Shown: piece after piece, positions 11,180-21,015 of the stretch
Layout: every line of letters starts with the position of its first letter
Position numbering within the stretch: the stretch's first letter is position 1
NCBI GenBank assembly: GCA_016748015.1
Contig: JAAOMT010000294.1
Coordinates: 40,541 to 104,540 of the forward strand
DNA from: Geosiphon pyriformis uo1
Taxonomy: Eukaryota; Fungi; Glomeromycota
DNA length: 64,000 nucleotides
Direction of reading: 5' to 3'
The notes under the pieces: generated by a model
Told to the model about the DNA's origin: nothing
The model's database searches: none
The model's input: only the letters and a program-made list of their open reading frames with translations
Position numbers and translations under genes: made by a program

Positions 11180-14100
11180 ATGTCTTCAACTTCATCAATT
11201 GAAACCTCAACTTCCCTCTTTAACTGTCTTGAAGGAACATTCATTATCATCAAAGAAAAATTGGCTATTTTTCCTACAAGTCAATATTTAAAAATTTCTG
11301 ATATAGTGAAAATTTATCTTAAACGCAATGAGAAAACGCCCGAGGATTTCTTTAATTGCTTGAATAACGAAATCTCAACTAATTCGAGACACTATATTTT
11401 GCTTGGCTTTTCTTTAGCATATGGGATTGGAACAACTCCTGATTCGAAAAAAGCATTTTTGGAATTTGAAAAGGCAGCTAATACAGACGACTCTTTTGGT
11501 CAACTTTTTTTAGGTCATTGTTACATCCACGGAATTGGTACTTTACAAGATTTAGGCAAAGCATTCGAACTCTACTCAAAAGCAACAGAGGCTGGAAATT
11601 TAAGTGCACAAGTTAATCTTGGCTTATGTTATGAAACTGGATTAGGAATCGTGACAAATCAGAAAAAAGCATTTGAACTTTATTCAGAAGCAGAAAAGAA
11701 GGGAAATTTATACGCACAAAACTGTCTTGGAGTATGTTATGAAAATGCACTAGGAATAGCGGAAAATTTGAAAAAAGCATTTAAACTCTATTCAAGAGCA
11801 GCAAACGCTGGAAATTCAGATGCACAAATTAATCTTGCATGTTGTTATGAAAATGGATGGGGAACAACGAGAAACCTAGAAAAAGCAATTGAATTCTATT
11901 CAAAAGCAGCAGAGGAGAAAAATTCACATGCACAAAATCATCTTGGATGGTGTTTTGAAAATGGATGGGGAACAACGAGAAACCTAGAAAAAGCGTTTGA
12001 ATTCTATTCAAAAGCAGCAGAGGAGGGAAATTCATATGCACAAAACCATCTTGGATGGTGTTATGAAAATGGATGGGGAACGACGAGAAACGTAGAAAAA
12101 GCATTTAAATTCTATTCAGCAGCGGCAGAAGCGGGAAATTCAAATGGACAATATAATCTTGGAATATATTATGAAAAAGGATGGGGAACAACGAGTAACC
12201 TAGAAAAGGCATTTAAACTCTATTCAAAAGCAGCAGAGGCTGGAAATTCAAATGCACAATACAATCTTGGAAATTGTTATATAAATGGATTTGGAATAAC
12301 GAAAAACCCGGTAAAAGCATTCGAACTCTATTCAAAAGCTGCAGAGGCTGGAAATTCAGATGCAAAGTATAACCTTGGACTGTTTTATATGAATGGATTG
12401 GGAGCAACAAAAGACCGGGAAAAACCATTCAACCTCTCTCCAGAAGCAACAGGGAGGGGAAATTCAGAGGCACGAAACAATCGTGAACTATATTATAAAA
12501 ATGAGTGGGGAACAACGAAAAATTCGAGAAATTCATGTAAAATCTTTTTAAAACCAACAGAAGCTGGAAGTTTAATCCCACAAACCAATCTTGGAACTTA
12601 TCGTCGAAATAGATTTGAAACAATCAAAGATCTGGAAAAAGTTAGAAACCCGAATGGATGGGGAACAGCGAAATTTTTGGAAAATTCATTTAAATCCCAT
12701 TCAACAGCAGCAGAGGCGGGAAATCTAAATGCGCAGTATAATCTTGGATGGTGCTATCAAAATGGATGTGGAACGACAAAAAACCTAGAAAAAGCGCTTG
12801 AACTTTATTTAAAAGTAACAGAAGCAAATAACTCGAGTTACCCAAATGATTTTCCTGATTTAAATGCCCATGACCTTATTTCAAATTTTGAAGCCTTCTT
12901 TGACCAGCTTTCAGATGAATTTAAGTGCCTTAAATGTGGCAACTTGCTCATAATCATTATCGGATCTCCTATATGTACTTTTTGTGATACTGATAAATGT
13001 GATAAAATTATATATAGAGCCAGCTTGCCGAAATGTCCAGAATGCTATAGAATATTAAAAGATCCAATTTGGTGTAAAGATTGTGAATGTTCACGACTTT
13101 CAAAGATTTTGGGAACATGGACTAGTGGAAATAATAATATTGATAAATATATAAGATATACACAGACTATTTCTGAAAGCTGCAGAGAATGTTTAGAATG
13201 GATTTCTCCCGACCAGATTGAATTTTTAGATAAAGTGGGAGAGGGAGGGTTTGGTGTTGTTAAAAAAGGTAGTTGGAAGAGAGGAAAAATTCTATTTTGG
13301 GACGAGAACAATCAAAAACATGAACGAAGTGGGGTTACAAAAGTCGCTTTTAAATGTCTTAAAGACAGCCAAAATATAAATAATATCAATTCAAGTGAGG
13401 TATTTCCTTTTAAGAAATCTGTGTGATTTTTATTATCCCTATTTCTCTTCTTTTCTTTTTTTTCTAACTCTAAAAAATATATTGAAATAGTTTGTTGCCC
13501 ATCTCAAATGTGCTTCCTCCCAGCATATCCTTGAATGTTATGGAATCACAAAAGACATTAGAACCAATGAATACGTGATGGTTTTACCATTTGCAGAACA
13601 CGGGGATCTCAGAGCTTTTTTAGAAGTGAACGAGACCACTCTTACTTGGAGCATGTTTCTACGTATTCTTCTTCAAATCGCCAGTGGTCTAAGATTTATC
13701 CATGGGTCAAAACTGGTGCATGGGGACTTGCATCCTGGAAATATCCTTGTATTGAAAACAGATCCCTTAAAAGTTGTCATTTCTGATCTTGGACTCTGTC
13801 GTCCTGCAGATTACGATCTGCAGTCTGGAAAAATTTATGGTGTTCTTGAGTATCTTGCGCCTGAAATTTGCAAGGGGAGTTATCATACTAAGTATAGCGA
13901 TATATACAGCTTTGCTATCATTTCATGTGAAATTATATCGGGAGAAACCTTTGAATAATACACATCCTATTTACGTGCGTTTTGATGTGATTGATGGAAA
14001 GCGTCCTATAATCAAAAAACATACACCTCAATGTATTCGGGAAATGATTGAAAAAAATTGGCAATATGATCCGTATTGCCGTGATTCTGCAGAACAACTT

Positions 14101-14380
14101 CAACAAAAAGTCATTGCTGCTCGTAAAAACTGTAACCTAAACGAACCTATTCGCCAAAAAAAGCTTAATTTTGAAGAGATCCAAGATGCTACCCATAATA
14201 CAGCAAGATATAAAGCTCAATCAACCTGGAACATTACAAAAGAAGAAACCCCTAGTTGGTTACAATCTGCATGTTCTACGAATGGTAAGTTTTTCGTTGA
14301 TTGTATTCAAATATTTAAAAAACTATTTTCACTATAAAATACCTTTTTTTTTTTTTTTAGAGCGAGATTGTGCGATCTAA
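11180..14380 (+). CDS. Sel1-repeat + CxxC zinc-ribbon + TKL-type non-RD protein kinase; frameshifted in the kinase C-lobe near 13945 (possible pseudogene). Introns 13400-13490 and 14285-14360
   Basis: About 10 clear Sel1 units plus degenerate ones; four CxxC pairs; WTSGN..ID motif; GEGGFG, VAFK, HGDLHPGNIL, DLG, YLAPE and SDIYSF. After ISGE the kinase continues in another frame (KPLNNTHP..GKRPII..CI..W..DP..R). Confidence 0.88.
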
Positions 14381-17300
14381 GGAAGATAGCAATGATACAT
14401 ATTTTCTTCATTGACATTTAACTATGAAAATATATTTAAAATAGGATAGAAAATGTTTAAATATATTTTTATAGACTCTCATAGTATTTCTCTATCTTTA
14501 TTTCTTTTTTTTGTTAATGTGATACAAAAAATCTCTACTTTGATTTAAGAAGTCTATTTTTGAATGTTAAAAGACTTATTCCTTTGGAACACTATAGTTG
14601 AGTTATTTTTTTAATTTCGTTTACATATCACTAAAAAGCTAAACTATTACCACTTTGCAAAAAGTGATTTTAATTAATTGAACTTTTTTTTTAGTATATA
14701 AACTTATCAAACATATAAATTTGTGAATTGTTTTGTTGAAAAAAAATTAGTGAAATAATTTTAAATCTATAGTTATAAAGTATCTTTCAATAAATCAAAT
14801 CAATTTAATTTTTTTCTTGAAATTTTGTTATGTTACTTTTTAATAATAATAATTTCTTATCCAATTCTATTTTTTGATATATTAAAAATGGTGTTTTTTA
14901 ATTGCAAAAATTTTTGCAAAAATATTAAAATAAATGGTGTTTTTTAAATAAAAATCAAGTTTATGTGGTTATTAATTGTTTTTATTTAAAAAAAATTATA
15001 TTTTGACAATTTTTTATTATTTATTAAAATTATTATTTATTTTATAATATTTATTTAAATTAATAATTAATTTAAATAATTAAAATGTTTTTAATTTTTT
15101 TATTGTTGTCTTTCTCTTTATTCTTCGTTTAGCCCTGAAAAAAGAAAAGTGAGAGGTATATTAGGCTGCAAAAGGAATAATTGGTTTAATTTAGAAGATT
15201 ATTTCGTGAAAAATCCATTATTTTCGTCAGTTTTTGTGTATATAAAAATCAGACATTTTTATTACAAAATATATTCGAAAGGCAATGGCCTTTGGAATAA
15301 AAATGAGTTTTTTATCAGCACATTATACATTTTAACTCCTTTCTTACCCCTAAAAAATTAGGTGATAAATGTTCAAACCCCTTAAGATTAAAATTGTTCA
15401 ACAGAAAATGAACACGTTCATAGGCTTATGCTTTTTTTAGTGGAAAGCATATATGAATTACAAACCTAAATCAATCAATCAATTTCTATCCTCTTGTTAC
15501 GAAATGTTTCTTTTCCCTCACGAGGCTCAATGGAATGTCTCATTTTTAAAACACTATTATGAAAAATTATAATGAAGTTTGTTTTAAACATTTTAGCTTT
15601 ATGTGAAAACTAAAATTAAATGTTAAATGTTTTAATTTTCCATTGAGTCGTATGCCAAGATTTAAATATAAATGTTGTTTGGAATTTAAATATTAATTGG
15701 ATAGTTCACAAGCGACAAATGTTGCATAATCTAATCTTCCCTCGTATGTTTACCTAGGTTGGGAATATTTTTTCCGATAGTATGCATTATTAAATTCTCA
15801 ATTTTTTTACAAAACTTTCACATTTTGGAAGATAAGAGTAAATATGTCAAGAGCCCAGTTTTGTGTACTAATTCGATCTGTTCAGATATTGTACTATAAA
15901 ACATTGAACGCATGAAAATTTTAAAACCTTTATCAAAATAATAATAAAATATCAATAAGACCCCAATTAATTGTTCAAAAAAGGAAAATTACAAAAAGCG
16001 TTAACCTAAAATATTCTCTATGTAATTAAAAGGTAAATTATTACAGTAACTCAATTTTTTAACTCGAAAGAAAAATGTTTGATAGTTGAATTTAAATTTT
16101 TTCTATGCACAAAATTTTCATATATAATAATAACACTTTTTCACAAACACTAAATCAAATTCCCTTTTGGCAACGATTAATTTAATTTAAAATCTACTTA
16201 TTTATCTTAGATCTAATAAATAGTTGAATGAAGTTATTTTGACAAACCCAAGTATTTTAATTATTGGGAATTTTTAAATTTCAAATTATTGATAAATCAT
16301 TTTTAGATTTATAGTTCCTTGATTTTTTTTTCTCATAAATTTGAATTTACAAATTTCATTACATATCTTTAATCTTCCAATAAAAAAATTATATAATTGA
16401 AATAATTACAAAGAAATTATGTTTTAAGAGTGTTTATGAACAAATGGTTATTGTTCATTTCTTATTTTTTTGTTTTGTAAAAAAAAAAGGTTTTTATTCA
16501 AATAAGGAAAAATCCAAAGTCAATAATATATAATAAAAACTGAACCAATTATTCATGTGTTTTAATTATAATGTCTGTATTTCTATTGTGATTTTTCAAA
16601 TAAATGCAACTTTGTATTTTACAATACTTATTATTTAAAAAAAGTACATATTTTTATATTAAAACTTTTAATAGATTTTTTTAATGAATTTATTACTTAT
16701 TTAATATCTAAAATGAGCAAAATTTAAATATATTATTAAAAATAATCTGGTAAATTTTCAAGTTAATTATTAAAGAAAATATTTTTCAAATACCAAACAA
16801 AAACATTCTTTGTCTTTAATAGGTAATTTTACTATTATAAAGAGTCCAAAATTTTCAATAATAAGTCTGTTACATAGTTATTGTTGTTTAATTAATTCAA
16901 CAAATTAAAATAGCCAAAAAACAGTTTTTCTTTTTTTTCAACAAATCTTTTTAAAATTTCAAAAATACAGTTTTTTTTGGTATTTTTCAAAACATCAATA
17001 CTATTTTTAAGTTTTTTTAAAAAAATAAAACTTAGGTTTTTTGCTTATATTAATTTTTATTAATTTTATTTTATTTTTGTTAAATTTTAATCTAATTGTA
17101 AACAACAATATTTTTAACCAATTATATTATAATATTGTTTGAGTTAAAAAATTAAACAAACTTAATAATATTATAGTTGAATATAATATCTTAACAAATA
17201 ACAGTATTGTATAAAAATAAAAATAATAAAAAAATAATTCAACTTTAATAAACAAATTTAATATATAAAATTAATTTTATAAATATTTTAATTACTATTT

Positions 17301-18489
17301 TTTTTAAAAAATAATAAGAAAATTTAAAGATTAAAAAATAAATTATATTGTTAACAAAAAATAATATACTAGTATAATTTTATGTTTTATATTAATATTC
17401 TTAAAATTTAATATCAAATACTAATTGTACTTTTTAGTAAATATTTTTTAATATATTTTACAAAACTAACAATTATACAAATCAAAAAAAAACAGTAAAA
17501 AAAAAATTAAAAAATTAAAATTATTGTATTAATTTTTGTTTAAATAATTAATCTAATATAAATAAATTTTTATTATTTAAAAAAATATTGCTTATATATT
17601 CTTAAAAAAATCAATAATCAGATTATTAATCAAGTTAATAATTAATTTAACAACTAATTTTAAAAATAAAATGATTAATAATATTAGTACTAAAATATAT
17701 AATTAATTAGAATTAAATAATAAAAATAATTAAAAATTTTAATTATAATAATATAATAATAATAATTAATTTTTTTTTATTAAAATTCTAAATTGTAAAA
17801 TTCAGTAATTTGTTTATTAATTTAATAAAAAACTTAATTAAAATTAAAAAATATTGTATATTTTTTTAATAAAAATAAAATAAATAAATTTTTTAATTAA
17901 TTATTAATTTTGTATGATTTTCAATTTTTTAAATAAAAAACCAAAATTTAATTAAAGAAATTTGTTTATATTAATACTAATATAAATTATTTTATTAATA
18001 AAATATATGTAAAAAACTACTTTTGGTTATTAATTTAGTTTATTATAATATTAATATAAGTTTAAATAATTAGTTACATATAAAAAACATATAATTTATA
18101 TTAAAATTTTCATAAAAATCTTATTGTTGCTGTTTGAATTGGTTATTATTATATATAAAAATTTCAACTTTTTTTATTTTCATATAAAAAACAAAAAATG
18201 TTGTAATCTTAATATCAAAATTATTTTTAAATTAATCAGAAATACTTTATCGAAATATCTTGATTGCAGTTGATTTCATTTTAAAAAAAAGCAACATATA
18301 AACTTATGTTAGTTGAAAAAAACTACATTTTTATAATTAGCAAATAAAAAATAACAGCTACTTTTGTGAGATTCATTAATTAATAAATCCAAAGAAATTT
18401 TCGACTTTTGAAATATCTAACAAATAATAATAAAAATTTGTATATTTCTTGATTTATAAAAATCAAATCAAAAACCATTAATATAATAA

Positions 18490-18610
18490 TTATAAATTAG
18501 TTTATATAGGCCGGATGGGTTGTAATGGGCAGTATTATGCAATGCCTATTATTTCCTGCATGGCAACTGTAAGACTAAGGCTCCATCAAGCAATGCCTGG
18601 AGGAAGATTC
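18490..18610 (-). ncRNA. Candidate omegaRNA scaffold plus flank-derived guide at the element right end
   Basis: Position follows from TnpB/Fanzor biology. Short complementary blocks are visible (GGCA/TGCC, GATGG/CCATC). Boundaries are unverified. Confidence 0.35.
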
Positions 18611-19990
18611 CGAGGACCCTCCGATTCCCTAGATGTTACCATATTGCCTACAAATCTTGAATGTCCAAGCTTCATTCTGGATAATAACACAGACCCTAAT
18701 TCCTTGGCCTTGGCGATCAGGCATTGTCAAAAGCAATAATGCATCTAATAAAAGATTATCGGCACAGTTTTTCGTGTAATCTTTCTTTTCTTGCGATTCA
18801 TCACGTCTGACACTTTAAAAGGAGGAATGACAATGGCGTCGAATTCGCGGGTAAAGAATCCAACCAATTTCCAATGAATTTCACTTTGTAGATGTATAGA
18901 TTTTCACCGCTTTTATTCTTACTTTTTGAGGGGATACTACTAACCTATCCTTTTAGGAGATGATATCGTCCAAGTACTTGCAAATACGAACTATACGTGC
19001 AATAGAATTTTCACAAATCTTGACTACGTCTTTTGTGGGAGAGTATCATGTAAAAGGTGTAGAGACACCGGGATCAATGGAGACTGCACGAACAGAGCCA
19101 TCCGCTTGGGTTTCGCGGAGCTGTTTTTGCGTCTCGTATAACCAGGCAAACTTCCACTCGTTAGTTTCACGAGAGTAAGTGAGCTTGCCATCCGGCATTA
19201 TCTTGTAAGGAACGGGTCACCTATTATTATGCCTCTTTTTACAAAGTAAAGCACGCTTGTCATTATCCAGAATGGTGGCGTATAACGATGTGTAGTAAAC
19301 ATCGACGGATCATGGAGATGAGTGAATTCTGTCCATAAATTGTTATTTTTTGTCGTAGATCTTTTCGAGATCGAAATGATAGTCCTTGCCGATTCGCATT
19401 ACTTCTTCCCAACACTCAATGCTTCATCAATAATATTGCCTCACTCATTTAGCAGCTTTTTGGAGTTTCTTGTCTTCGTGTTCATTAGTGCCTTTTCCTG
19501 CCCAAACATCTGTGTAAAGCTTAAGTTTATATTTGATGGATTGAGACTTTATCCAATCCTGTTGTGATTGACCAGTATGGGAATTTTCGGTATAAAAGTG
19601 GCGATGTCGACTACACCAAACAACATTAATCTCGTAAAGCCCATCCATCACTTCAAGAGCTGGTTTTGAGGATGTTCGGATACATTTTTATTAATAGTGT
19701 ACGGTTGGGAGCACCTTCCATTTCCTGACGTTTGCAACGAGCTGCTGTCGCTTTTCTCTGCTCTGACGCTCTCGTCAATGGCAAGCAGCTCCGCTTCCTT
19801 GCGTGCAGATAAGACTGTGTTAATGGCAAGAATGTCTTGAGAGCTCATGCTCGTCGGGGATCACATCGTCGAAGAGGAACATGAGTTTTGCAGAATTGAG
19901 GAAAAAGTATTAGAGACCATTCCGCGCTTTGTTAGTTCCAATAGGGTCTCAAGTCCCGATCGTTTGAAGTTGATACCTGACCCGATATCG
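18549..19990 (-). pseudogene. tnpB: Fanzor2/TnpB RNA-guided endonuclease remnant
   Basis: N-terminal STSNDRDLRPYWN; HTH RTLLIKMYP..QNQLLK*WMG; RuvC-I AVSIDPGVSTPFT*YSP (D at 19075); ARIVRICKYLDDIIS; EIHWKLVGFFTREFDAIVIPPFKVSD; HYCF*QCLIAKAKELG; IIQNEAWTFKIC (E at 18673); GIFLQAL. Multiple stops and frameshifts. Confidence 0.9.
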
Positions 19991-20075
19991 CCTAAGAGTT
20001 CGTAGGTTGGAAATCGAGGAGTCGCTCGAGATCCTCTTTTTGTTTTGTACTAGAGAGACGGGGGTGGTAACAGCA
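19760..20075 (-). pseudogene. tnpA: IS607-type TnpA serine recombinase remnant
   Basis: Across frameshifts: R(L/V)SSTKQK-EDLER (from 20060), PTYELLGDIGSGINFKRSGLETLLELTKRGMVS, EHEL-QDILAINTVLSAR and QG..AA...RERQ. No N-terminal MerR-like HTH was found. Confidence 0.85.
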
Positions 20076-21015
20076 TTTTGAGAAGTTATCCCAGGAAAAA
20101 GGGAACTGATGATCATGTCTAACTCCCAATGAAGATCAAACCTAAAGATATTAGCCTGAGAATAAGAACTATTCTTCCATCCTTCTCAGCCAAATTATTT
20201 TCGATTACATACATCCACAATAGAAACCAATCTACCATTTTTATCTTGTGGTAAATGATGAGAATTCCCAAATTTATTTTTTTCACAGTGAAAAAAACAG
20301 ATGTCACTTTTTTTTATCTCGAGTACTATTTATATGTGCTTGTGTATGATTAAATTTGAGTTTGGAGGAGTGTGCGTGTATATATATATATATAATTTTC
20401 CACGATATGTGCATCATTCAGTAAGTGGATAAAATAATTACATACAAAAATAAGTGTAAAAAATAGTATAGGGGTAAGAGGAAATGCCGTTTTTTTTTTG
20501 GAAAAGCATACCAAATAATATCAATAATGTGATGTTAAAAATGTAAAGGAAAAAAGATATACAAAGAATAAAATAAAATAAAAGGGAAAACTATGTATAA
20601 GTGTAGGGGTGTATGTATAAAGCAGTATTTATAAAGAAATCAGAAAGATTGTTTTGGCCTGAAAGGACTGATTGAGGGGGGGGGGTATATTGAAGCTATT
20701 GGTAATATCAGCATTGAGTAAAACAACATCGGAAGCAAAAATGCACAAGATCCATAAACTACAATTCTAAATCCGTGAATCTCGTGACCCGTCAGATTGA
20801 AAAGATAAAAAGAAGCCAAAGCTATGAAAAGAAAGCTTGATCGATTATTTCACTGCCACACCATTCCCTATTAGCTATTAAAGCGAAAAGTCCATTCCCT
20901 GACCCCCCTTCCTTACCGGTAGTATCAATAATCTCACTAAAAATCAACGATAGAACACATTTGTCATAATCGACCAAAGACAATTATTCAACTCTTTTCA
21001 ATACTCTCGTCAAAA

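Larger units (their letters stand above)
18509..20095 (-). mobile_element. IS607-family element (TnpA serine recombinase + Fanzor2/TnpB), degenerate, left end probably truncated
   Basis: GC- and CpG-rich island in AT-rich DNA. Manual translation recovers TnpA and TnpB motifs in the expected order. Sharp composition boundary at 18509. Confidence 0.88.

Noticed and set aside
11829-12623. Antisense ORFs over Sel1 repeats (also 29-298)
   Set aside because: Shadow frames of repetitive coding sequence.
14881-14947. Palindrome ttgcaaaaatttttgcaa between short direct repeats
   Set aside because: Low complexity; plausible by chance in AT-rich DNA.
18515-19567. Plus-strand ORFs 18515-18739, 18960-19178 and 19322-19567 as genes
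   Set aside because: They are antisense to the Fanzor2 pseudogene and show no motifs.
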